Origin: the human T2T-CHM13v2.0 reference genome, Homo sapiens
Strand: one strand, 5' to 3'
Length of the DNA stretch: 64,000 nt
Assembly: GCF_009914755.1 (NCBI RefSeq)
Contig: NC_060925.1
In this document: piece after piece, positions 22,925-36,005 of the stretch
Position numbering within the stretch: the stretch's first letter is position 1
How the letters are laid out: each line of letters starts with the position of its first letter
The notes under the pieces: generated by a model
Told to the model about the DNA's origin: nothing
The model's database searches: none
The model's input: the letters and a program-made list of their open reading frames with translations, nothing else
Translations under genes and position numbers: made by a program

Positions 22925-24150
22925 TTCCATTTATATTAAGGTACAATTTACTTGTAGTAAAATTCACCCTTTTGAGCATATAAGGGTTTTGAAAGAGAGT
23001 CGTGTGACCATCACCGCAATCAGAATGCAAAACAGTGTCATCGTCCCCAGGCTTCTTTTGCAGTATCTTCCTCTTCAAACCCCAGCCCTTGGCAACTACG
23101 CAGCAGGATTTTTTGCGTGTGTGCCTATAGTTTTCCTTTTGTAAGAATGTCATACAAATTGAGTCATAGAGTATGCAGCCCTCTGAATCCTGCCTCTCAC
23201 TTAGCATAATGCACGTGAGACCCATTCATGCTGTCATGTGGAACAGTGGTTTCTCTTTGCTGTTGAGTGATGTTCCATGGTATGGAATGCATCACAAATA
23301 GCGCATGTGAGACCCATTCATGCTATTGTGTAGAACAGTGGTTTGTTTCCCTTTGCTGCTCAGTGATATTTCATGGTATGGAATGCACCACACATAACGC
23401 ATGTAAGACCCATGCATGCTGTCGTGTGGAACAGTGGTTTGTTTCTCTTTGCTGTTGAGTGATATTTCATGGTATGGAATGCACCACACATAACGCACGT
23501 GAGACCCATTCATGCTGTTATGTGGAACAGTGGTTTCCCTTTGCTGTTGAGTGATATTTCATGGTATGGAATGCACCACACATAACGCATGTGAGACCCA
23601 TTCATGCTGTCATGTGGAACAGTGGTTTCTCTTTGCTGTTGAGTGATATTTCATGGTATGGAATGCACCACACATAACGCATGTGAGACCCATTCATGCT
23701 GTCATGTGGAACAGTGGTTTCTCCTTGCTGTTGAGTGATATTTCATGGTATGGAATGCACCACACATAACGCACGTGAGACACATTCGTGCTGTAGTGTG
23801 GAACAGTGGTTTGTTTCTCTTTGCTGTTAAGTGATATTTCATTGTATGGAAGGCACCACAGTTTGCTTATCCATTCTCCAGTTGAGAAACATTTGGGTAG
23901 TTTCCACTTACTGGTGATGACAAATAAAGCTGCCGCAAACACTCATGCATACATTTTTGCAAGAATGTAGTTTTCATTTCACTTGGGTAAATACCTAGGA
24001 GTGAGACTGCTGAGTCATATGGTAAATATATGTTTAACTTTATAAGAAACTGCCAAACTGTTTACCCAAAGCGTCTGTACCAGTTTGCATTCCCACCAGC
24101 AATATCTGTTAGTCTAAGTCATTCTGTATCCTTGCCAGAACCTGGTACTA
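22925..24150 (-). mobile_element. Old L1 (L1M) 3' region hosting a tandem repeat
   Basis: ttgggtaaatacctaggagtg...gtcatatggtaaatatatgtttaactttataagaaactgccaaactg...cattcccaccagcaat. Confidence 0.85.
23211..23860. repeat. Minisatellite, 7 copies of a 92/96-bp unit
   Basis: Units start at 23211, 23303, 23399, 23495, 23587, 23679 and 23771. Consensus gcaYgtgagacccattcatgctgtcatgtggaacagtggtt(tgtt)tctctttgctgttgagtgatatttcatggtatggaatgcaccacacataac. Confidence 0.97.
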
Positions 24151-25321
24151 CATTTATATAAAGTTTTTCCTTTAAATATTATAGACTTCTGAGATCAGAA
24201 AATATCTTTAAATCTGGCTTCATTTAATTAAATATATTTTTAAGACAGCTTTGAAAGTATATTAAGTATGATTAACCATTTTTTGCTTTTATAGATTTCT
24301 TTTCTAACAGGAAAAAAAATATGTGTCAGTTTCTCTGTGTGCAGCCCCTGACCCATTGCCCAGAGATCTCCGGATGTCAACCGAGAGATGCATACATCAC
24401 AATGTGACGCGTCAGGACCATGGCCTAGTGGCTGCGCACAGCTGCTGGTGATGAGTCCAGATCTCTGCAGATCCTCCTACTTTCGGCCCCGCAGTCTACT
24501 TGTTTAACTGATGATTCATAGGCATTATTAGTAACTCAAAATAATCTTTTTTGATGCCAAAACCAAAAAGTGATAAATCAAGAGTATATCCTTTCTATTG
24601 TTGCTTTATAAAATACTTTCATGCTATCCAGGCAGTCCTAATTAAATCTTAAACAACAAACAAGGCTAAGGTTCAGAACTAGAAATGTTAAGCTACAAAT
24701 ATGCTAACTGATGATGTGAAAATCAGGTCCCAGTTGGTCGTACTAATCAAGATAAAGTGATGCGGCTAACCTCCAGGTTTTACCCGCTTCTTGGGAAGTC
24801 AAATGTTAAAAATCAGGAAACTCCAAATTACTCATTATAACTCCTTTGAGCTTTAACAGAGACGCTTCATTGAAATTTAATAGAGAATGTCCCTGGTTTT
24901 GGAGGGGTTCTGTTTCTTTACTAAACTGTTCTTAGGATAGTAACCAAAATATCGTACTTTATTTTGTGCTTACGTATTTCAATGGAAATAATTCTGTGTT
25001 AAAATTTAAGAGAGAAAATGAAAATATTAACTAAAAGGTTATTAAAATTTTTTTAAAGAAAAAAGTATAATGCCATGATGAATTGAAAATTAATGTTACT
25101 ACTTTGAAGAATCAAGTTGATTGTATGTACACACATTTTAAAAGGAGTATATTCTTGAGAGCCTTCCTCTACCAAGACTTTCTAGCATTAAACTTGTTTA
25201 TCATAGATCTGTTCCAAATCCCATGTGGTAGAGTTAGTAACTATCTCATCTATAGATTATTCTTTTTGAGGACACTAATGTTTGCTTTATAGTCAGATTT
25301 CAGAGTCCCTCACCATTTTGA

Positions 25322-25791
<470 letters not shown>

Positions 25792-26747
25792 TGATATTAC
25801 ATGGGTAGGGCTAAATGTCACCACCAATTTCCTACAGTACAGATCTGTGGGGACCATCCTTTGATGTGCGTCTGTTACATGCTTTTTAGGACATGACTGT
25901 GTTTGTGATTCTACTCCTTTATGATCAACTTAAAAATTCCCAGACTCATATTTTGATTAGAAACAATTCACAGATAATATCAGATACTTGTTGAGTAGGA
26001 GTAGTTAATGCATCATCCCAGGATACCCATTCCCATGTAAAATTGCTAAAGAATTATTTATTATCACTTCCGTTCCGAATCTTCTCCAGAAGCTTATTGT
26101 TATCTCTAGGTTAAACACTAGTTTCTAGGTTAAAACTAGTTTCATAACTAGTGTTATCAAAATGGAATATTAGATTCTGAAGAGGTTTAACAATGGCGTG
26201 TTCACATTTACACATTACACTTGCACACGAGGAAGATGGGAGGAAATGAGCAACTTTAAGGAGACAACTAGTTGAAGAATTTAATTCCAGTGAAGATAAG
26301 GAAAGTTTAATTCTACCTACTCTTGAATTGATATAAACTAGATCTATCTTCCATATATCTAGCAGTTCTCTGTCTCCCTCGTAAAGAGGAAACAAAATCT
26401 TCACAGGGTATTTGTGAGTTGATGTTATGTGCAGCGTATACATGCATCATTTCTTCCCTGACGACACGTCCTTTTAATAGTACCCGAGGCACCCGCAGGA
26501 CACAGAATGGGAAAGCCTAGGTCCCATGTGAAAACATGTAGTCTCTATTTGGTCACAGCTGATTGGACCAAATGTGGGCACTAACCTAAGCTGAGCCATC
26601 CAAATTTCTTCTTTTGGGAATTCAAAATTGAGCCACAAAGTAAGTTACTTAAAAGCAGCTGTGTTGGGAAGTCATACACATACAGAGGTTGGCATGACTG
26701 TCCAAGTCCACATAATAGAAAGATAAGAGAAGTCAAGCTTCAGAGAA

Positions 26748-26860
26748 TGAGGGAGGGAGGGAAGGAGGGAGAGGGAGAGAGAGGAAGGTAGGGAGGGAGG
26801 GAAGGAAGGAGAGAGAGAGAGGAAGAGGAGAGGAAGAGGAAGAGGAGCACCAGGAGAGAG
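26748..26860. repeat. GA-rich purine low-complexity tract
   Basis: (GGGA/GGAA/GA)n directly visible. Confidence 0.9.
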
Positions 26861-28025
26861 CAAACCATAGTGAAAAAGACACTGTCCTCGTCCTCGCAAC
26901 AGAGAGAAATGATGAATGAGAAAATGGCGGGGGAGTCCACCACTGTCCCACTCAAACCAGTTTCATGACTTTCTGTGAGTTCCTCTAAATCTTTGGCATA
27001 AATTACTTGTCATTTAAGCTTGTTTCAGAAGGATTTTCCTTCTTTCCTAAGCTATTCTTACGGTATTAACCAGATAATGTTGTACTTTATTTTCTGCATA
27101 CATAATTTTTGAAGTCCCTCAACTTTTATATGTGTGCTTTTAATATTAGACTAAAATTGTTTAGTTGTGGCCTAAAAACTCAAGCAATTTTTAGCAAAGA
27201 GCCTGTTGCACAGGTTGCATGAGTAAATGACTCAAAGGCTGAAGATTCAAAATAAACATCCTGTCAAAATACTCATCAAAATGGCACAAAAGAAAACATG
27301 CTAGTACACTGTGGTTAAAAAATGGAAAATAAAGTTCCACATTCCCCATGAATCCCCATGATGAAATCAAACAGAATTTATCTCCAAGTTCATTTCCAGT
27401 AAGCCTCGTTTTAAACGCATATTACCAGCAGCTTTAATATGTTTGATGATAAAACACGTATACCTTCAAGAGAATGTATGTAACTTATAAGTAGATTATA
27501 AAGCATAATAAAATGGATACTTGTGAATCTTCCACCCTAAAAACTAGAACCTCACCAAAATGTACTACTATTAAAGCTGTGTTTCTCCATACAGATACAT
27601 ATATGCATATCCTGTTGAAATTGAGTTGGATCTATAGATCAATTTGGGAAGAATTGACATATGTATGTGGCATATATATTCATTTATTTGTTGATCTTCT
27701 CTAAGCATTTTGTTATTGTTTGTATGACTTTTGACATTATCATGAATGGAACAGCTTTTTTATTTTTATTTTCATTTGTTTGCTGCGAGTGAAGAGAAAT
27801 ATAATTGACTTTTGTTTAGGAGTCTCATACACTGTAACTTTCCTAAGCCCGCTATTACTTCTTGTATTTGCTTTCTAGATTCCTTGGGATTCTTTTTTTC
27901 CTAGAATATCATTGCCTCTACAAACTGAAGCAATTTTATTTCTTCTATTCCAAAATGTATTTGTTTTCCTTGCCCTATGTCACTGGTAAGACCTCTAAAA
28001 AAATATTGATAAAAAAAAAAAAAAG

Positions 28026-28266
28026 CTGTGTTTCTCAATTAGGGTCCATTCAGTTCCCCAAGCTACCCACTGCCCCATCCCCAGGGGATGTGCAGCAATG
28101 CCTGGAGACATTTCTGCTTGTCGCAACTGTCAGGGGGATGCTATTAGTATTTAGTCGGTAGAGGCCAGAGATGCTGCTAAACATCCTGCATTGCACAGGA
28201 TAGCCCCCAAACAGCAAAGAATTATTCAGCTCACAATGTTGACAGCTTCAAGGGTGAGAAGCCCTG
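28026..28266 (+). mobile_element. MER20 hAT DNA transposon
   Basis: ggagacattt...gtagaggccagagatgctgctaaacatcctgcattgcacaggatagccccc...gagaagccctg. Confidence 0.85.
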
Positions 28267-30695
28267 CATTAAAGCTGCGTGTTTATGCCTAATCCCATAT
28301 GTCTACCACTTTCCTGTAATGCAACCACTATTTTAATTCAGTATTTAACATTATCTTATTTCTAAAATATAATTTATCCCATACATATGCATCCCTAATA
28401 GCATTATAAAATTAATCACTAGCTTTTGAAAAGAATGCTAATGAGCCTCAAGCATATATCAAAGGGAAACATAACACTATGAATAATTATAGATTTCTGG
28501 AAAGGTTTTCACCTATTTCCTGAAAGCAAGGTTTGCAGCAGAAATTTATCTTATCCATCAATCTCTTCTTCTGAAAATATTAATTTGTGTGAACAATGAA
28601 AAAAATCATAGTTCGCCTGTTCTTGGGGGCTTTAATTCTTATTAACCAGTACAGTTCAATCAATTTAATTACCAACATTTTAGAATTCATTGGCTAGAAG
28701 ACTAACGGGGAAACATGAAAGGGTGAAAATCTTCTGTCATGACACATCGTTGCTTTCAAATAATTCAGTAAATGAGAGTAAGGGAACTTTTAAGATAATC
28801 AATTATGTATTCCAGCTGTAAAAATAAAAAGAATCTTAGCACAATGCATTTTTAATTTTAACATATCTATTCAAATACTGTGAAAACTATGTTGTAGAAT
28901 CTCTCACAGGTTGCTTTGATGCTTCATTTTTAGTCTACAGGTTTGGACCTACAAGGGTGGTTTCTAAGAGTTGTCTCTTCCCTGTCATATATTTGTCTTA
29001 TGACTAGGATATTCTGCTTCTTGGGAAATACTGTGCTTTGATTATATATAACCTTCTAGTCCAACAGTTAAGCTATCTATAGGAATGTTTGCTTTCAGAA
29101 ACAATTAGGCTTAAAAATAAAGACTGTGCTCAAAAATAATAAACTTACTTAAAAATAACATTTACTTGAGTAATATTGCCTCAATTATGCATAAAATTTA
29201 AACATTCTACACTTAAAACGGATCAGCAAGAACACTGTCTACAGTGGCTCATTAGTTCTATTAAAAAATAATAAGGTCTAGGAGGTTGGTAGCTGCCGGG
29301 GCACGTGCTACGGCTTCCTCCCTCTTCCTCCTCCCTCTTCCTCCTCCCTGTTGAGGTCACACAGCTATCTGTATGGCCACGAAGGAGGACAGTGGGGAAT
29401 GATGAGTACTTCCGAGGCATCCGTTTTGGTGCCAGTGCTCACGGAGAGAAGGCAGCCTCTTAGAGCCCAGCACAGTTGCAGTGCCAGGGAGGATGGAGAT
29501 CCAGTAGCTTTGGAGGAGCTTTGCTTTCTTGGAAAAGCCAACATCGTTCTCTTTACCTTACCATTTGCTGTCCAATAATGCCAGAAGATTCCACAGCCCA
29601 ATCTGCTGTGATTCTGAGATGACAAACCTACTCATATTGTTACATGACACCTCATCTAATACATCAACAGCTTAGAGGAGGCTCACCAACTAGAGAAAAC
29701 ATATGGCTACCATTGAGTTAGGTAAAATGGAAGAGACAAGAATTCTTCGGGACATTTACAAAGATGTTTCGAGAGAATAATCTAAGGATAAGGCAATGAG
29801 CTTAGAAATTTTTAAAAATCCAAAACAATAATTCAATAGAGGAGATCTAATATAGGATTGGCAGCACTGAATGCTGAAATAATAACCTGGATGTTTAAAA
29901 GGAATAATTTACTTATAAGACAGAGTGAACACAAAGAAATTGAAATGACTAAAAAACTAATGCAAGAAGGATGTATCCTATCCAGGGGCAGTAATATCTC
30001 AAAGTCTCAGAGGGAGTAAAAGGGATCTCTTTTAAAATAAGGAAAAAAAAAAAAAGAAAGAAAAAGAAAAAAAGATGACCAATGTAAGCAAAAATGACGA
30101 GACAGCTTAACTAAGATATTCAAAATCTAATTGCGGTAGTTCTAGAAATACTCAAAATCAGAGGAGAAGAAATTATAAATAATAGTAAAATTCCCAAGGA
30201 CTGAAAGACCTACGTTTTAAAATTTTAAAGCCCACCAATCCCTGGCAAAAGTTTAAAAAGGCCCACACACATATCATAATATAATTTCAGAATATTGGAA
30301 ATGAAAAGAGATTTTAAACACTTTCAGAGAGGAAATGAACAAATAAAAATAACATACGAAGATTAACTTGAATTACACCAGATATTTTAATAGTAACAGA
30401 AAACTGGAAAATAGTCTGAAGAAAAAAATTTGTATATCTAGCAAATACTGAAGATAAAAGTATTTTGCTTTCTCATTGAAAGTACAAATTCTTCCAGAAA
30501 ATGGTCAAATTTTTAAACAGTATTCACAAATAAGGGAGAGTATATATTTATGTAATTTGGGGGGATATGTACCTTATTTAGGAAAGTATTAATTTAGAAC
30601 ATAAAATATGTGCTGCATTTTTTTTTTCTCTTTGAGTATATATAATTGAAGGAAAAAAATCATCAAGTCTTAGTACTTTAAAAGGCTTATTCATA

Positions 30696-31346
<651 letters not shown>

Positions 31347-34139
31347 TTAGGTCATTCTTTGGTCAGGTATCTGTGACAGGTATAAGGGACTGAGTCTCAG
31401 GGGAAGGGAATGACTTGCCTGTTGCCCACAGCTACCAAGTAAGGTGAGACCCAGGGTTTTAAGTTCAAATTCAGGATTCTCCTGGCCTCTGGCTCAGAAT
31501 CACACAACAATCTGAATGACTCTGATGCCCTAGAGAGATGTTCCTCTTACAAGTGGGAACGCTTAAAATAAATCACTATTAGAAGAGACTGATTTCTAAT
31601 GAGTCCCCTATTCAATATTGTTCCTTAAGAAAGGCTAAAGGAAGAGAGAGAGAGAGGAGTTGGAGGTAGTGAGGGCGGCAGGGAGGGAGGGAGGGCTGGC
31701 GGCAGGCATGCAGGCAGAAAAGAAGCAAGCAAGGAAGCAAGCAAGCTAGCTAAGTGGTCCTTCAGAGGTTTGGCTTTGTTCATTATCTCCAGCAAGTAGC
31801 ATAGTGCTGGCCATGTTTTTGGGTCCAATACACATGAAAAATAAGACTGACTAAGTGAATGAGTGAATGAATCAATGTTTGCAAACAGCCCCCCTCTAGC
31901 TGTGTGTGTCCCTCTCTGTCTCCTCCTACACTCTCTGTCTCGGAATAACTGAGTGAAAGAAATCAGTCGTGGCCTCCAACAAAGTCAGACTAAATGTACT
32001 GGGGCGGAAAAGGAGCCAGCATTGTGAAGGAAATATGCTAGAAGAACAATCCTTTCTACATGGGAGATGTGGTTAAATTAAACTGTAAAGATGGTTCCAT
32101 TCCAAGCCAAATTAATAACAAAAGGAAAAATTAGGCAGCAAGACAGGACTAACATGACTTAAACAAAACTCCCAAATGTTAACGCATTTGTTCCTTCCTT
32201 TGAGAACCAATAGTTTCAATATTTATTCTTCTTCCAGAAAAAAAAATTACAATGTGTCTTCCATTCCAAATGAGATACAAATTCATTTCTTTACTTCTCA
32301 AGTTATCACAGAACTCAAAGGAGGTGAAGGAGGGAGGGTTTCTTTGTAACCCTCTCTGAAGGCTCTGAAGAAAAATCCAGCCAACCGTGCATTGAATGCC
32401 TCTAAGACTTCTAAGTTCTCCTTAGCACTGCTCCAGTCTTAAGGAGCCCCACATCTTATGAACTTAATGGCCATCAGATCTCAACACTCTTGCCAAACCC
32501 CTGCTGCAGGACAAAGACAGTGGCATTGAACTTTTTTTTCAGAAAAAGAAATGGGTAAGAGTTAAACCATATATGAGACCAGGACAAGGTGAAGAGGCAA
32601 TGCCAGGTGTCAGCAGGAATCATGGAGCTGGTGGAACAGTAGAGTGAACTCCAGGGACTGGGGAGGCAGACGATGGAGCAGAAAATGGGGACCTAGGGAG
32701 AGGGTTTGGGTGGTCCAACTTAACACCTGGAGATGCCACCTGCTGGGAATTTATTGACCCACTTCGGTTTTCTTGCTTCTTGGTGGTACAAGAGTGGCAC
32801 GTGCTCACCTCCCTGGACGTGTGGGCACCAGACATGCTCTGATCTTTCCTCTGGTTTCTTCCTTTCTCAGTCCCTGATTCTGCCAATAAGCCTAACTGGG
32901 GATGGGATGGGAAGGCAGAGTGCAGTAGGAGGGAGGGAGGTGAGAGAAAGGCTCTGAAGAAAAGTCCTGTGGATGGCATCTCTAGTTAGTTCCTGGTGTA
33001 GACTTGAGGGCCCTGACATCCGACTTCCTAGTTCGAATGTTGCTTATGCCACTTAGCAGCTAAGTGTCCCTGTACAAACCTGTGCCTTGGTTTTCTTCTC
33101 TATAAAATGGGGATGAAATAAGAGAGGAAGTATGTTATAGAGTTTCGTGAGCTCTAAATGAGTTAATAGATTGAAGCACCTGCGTGACAAAAGTGCTCTG
33201 AAACGTGGATCTCTGTGCAGTTCCCTTTTGTAACCGCTCATCACAAGAGTCATTTCTTATTTAGCATTTGTCTTCCTTGCTAGGTTATAAGCCTCATGAG
33301 GGTAATAACAGGGTTCTGATTTGGCCACATCCAGAGGCATTCAACAGATATCTGCTGAATGAATGAATGAACCACCTTTAGATCACCTTTAGTATTCCCT
33401 TCATAAGTCACCAAGAAATAACACAATTCATTTAATAGGCCTGTGGCCATTCAATTAGGTGATAGAACTAGGGATGAATGTTCAACTTTTAAAATTAAAT
33501 TCTTCCTGATTAACGTCGGTTCACTGTACCCAGCAGAAAGCTCAGTGTATATCCTAAAAAGGTCCCTAAGTCTTCATTCAGTCTGAGAAACTCAGAAATT
33601 TCAAATGGGAAATGCTCCTGGGCCATGGAAAGGAAGGGAATGGTAAGAAGAATATGAGAGTATCAGGATTTGGGGGAGAAGGAGGGAAAGCATGTGTCTG
33701 TATGTTATAAAGGAGAGTGGAGACACTTTAGAAGAATCAGGTTCTCTAATTAACAAGAGAAGAAGCTTCAGGCAATGATCACATCGCAAGCTGGAGTAGG
33801 AACCTGCTGTGCTCCTTGCCGTTCTTGAAGCTGTTGGTGTCCAACTTCCTTTCAAGGAAGGGCTATGCTGGCCCAGAGATCCTCATCACACACCTCACAG
33901 AGAGGCATGTTGTTAACAGAAGGCTTTGCCTGGAACATTATTTTAGTGTAGTTCTCGTGTCTTCCAGTGCAGAGAGTGGGGAAAAGTCCTTCAGAAAAAG
34001 CCTCCTGCATCCCTGTTAATTCATTTGCCTGGAAGAAAGTATTAAATCAAGCTTCGATTTTCTGTAATCATGACTTTCAGTGGCACATTTCTCAAGCACA
34101 TGCACAAGTGACTGTGATATTAGGTGCCACGGTCTGAAC

Positions 34140-34392
34140 ATGTGATTCGTGAAGGGGGCAGAGCCTTCTTGGATAGGATTAGCACTCTTACAGAAGAGGC
34201 CCCAGAGAGACCCCCAATTCCTTCCACCACACAAGGACACAGTGAGAAGATGGCTGTCTATGAACAAGGAAGTGGGTCTTCACCAGACATGGAATCTGCC
34301 AGCACCTTGACCCTGGACTTTCCAGCCTCCTGAACTGTGAGATATATATTTCTATTGCTTATAAGCTATCCAGTCTATGGTATTTTGCTATA
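34140..34392 (+). mobile_element. MLT1 (MaLR) LTR fragment
   Basis: ggacacagtgagaagatggctgtctatgaac...ggaatctgccagcaccttga...tatagcagcctgaacagac. Confidence 0.8.
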
Positions 34393-35890
34393 GCAGCCTG
34401 AACAGACTGACAGTGGGTTAAAAGAAATGCTTCCAAGGGCTCCCAATCTAATGCAAGAACTCCCAGAAACTATGACCTATCCTGAAAAACAGACAGAATT
34501 TTATGTCTATTTTCACAAGTTTTTCATTTAGCCTAAAGTTTTACATAGCTTTTTTTATATCAAGCTCTGTCTAGTGTCTAGCGAGTCAAGAATATAAGCA
34601 ATTTCTCCCATCTCCAGAATGAATTACTTTTGCTTTTGAAAAAAATAATAAAAACAACAAAAAAAAACTCACAAGCATCATAATTAGAAGCCAATAAAAT
34701 TTAAATACTATTAAGAGATTTAAAGGGAGGTTTGCACCATGGGAAATCTTTTATTCTACAACAAAACAGAATTTCTGAATAGAGTTTTCATAAACTGTTT
34801 TATCACAAAGATACAATACCCTGGGGGAAAATCACCTGCTTCTAAAAATATGGGTTCACCATTTGTAGGGAGAGGAAGAAAGCCTGGCTAAGCTAACCCA
34901 TACATGTGTTCCAGTAGCCATTCCTTTTTCAACTTCAGAATTCCTCCATTTCTAAACCTCTCCTTAGAAAAATGTAATCACTGTTTGAACTATCTTCCAG
35001 GTTGAAGCCTGCCAAGGAAGAATTGGGCTCACAACTGATTGAAATTAGAACTTGACAGCTTTAATTCCCCAATTAAAAATAAAAAAGAATCCAGGATACT
35101 GAAAAATTGTTCTTTTCACACAGACAAGCAATGTGTCAGTGACTGTCTTCCCACCATTAACCATGGAACAGAAAGCATGTGTGATTGTGTTTTATGAGAC
35201 TGCAGCTCAGGGGAATTCTCTTAAATTTCTTTCTCCCTTTTTTTTTCTTTAAAAATCACCAAAGGAAAAAACAAACAGCTTTGGTAGATAAGTTACCAAA
35301 TTCCATGATTCTCTATAAATATCAGAGCTGGTATCATGTGTCATTCACTCTGCAGAGATTGTGTAAGATTAACATGAGTTAATATTTTATATGAAAGGAA
35401 GATGACCTTATAAAATGAGTTAAGAAAAAAAAAACACTTTGTGCAGTTGGTAGAGGAAAGAATAAGGCTTCAGGTGCCAGTTCTCAACGTCTTGCATCTC
35501 AGCTCCAAATCTGTCCTTCAATACCTGCTTTGTGATAAGGGAGGGGTTTCCTTTCAGCTTTTCTCCTGCACAGACAGCATGAGGTAGAGCTTTCTTAGTA
35601 GGGGTGCTAGAGGGACAGTGCAGGAGCAAGGGGGCTCTCCTGCTGTTTTCAACTGGTGCATGGTGGGCCACTGGTGTGGGTGTGAAGAGATCTGGTGATG
35701 CTCAGTAACAGCCACGTGCCTAAAAGATATAGTCCCTCAGTGCCCTTGCAGCCCTGGCCTGGGCTGGTGGTAACATTCTTATGGCTTTCTCCACATGGAT
35801 GCCATGTAGGCCAGACCCCCTATTCCCTCTGCTTCCTTGCATGCCTGGCCACCTGCTATGGCTCACCTGTGCCTTACTTGCATCCTAGAG

Positions 35891-36005
35891 GCAGGATTGC
35901 CAGATTTATTAAAACAAAACAAGATTCTCGTTAAATTTGAATTTCAGATAAATAACCATAATTCCTTAACATAAGTATATCCCATAAAACATTTGGGCCA
36001 CACTT
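35891..36005 (+). mobile_element. MER53-like hAT fragment
   Basis: gcaggattgccagattta...gttaaatttgaatttcagataaa. Confidence 0.6.

Noticed and set aside
23211-23860. CRISPR-like appearance of the regular repeat
   Set aside because: The units are contiguous with no unique spacers, the context is a eukaryotic L1 and there are no cas genes.
29280-29480. Locally GC-richer patch with GGCACGTGC, as a possible promoter or extra exon
   Set aside because: It is too short for a CpG island, and I found no convincing splice pair or PLD-like peptide.
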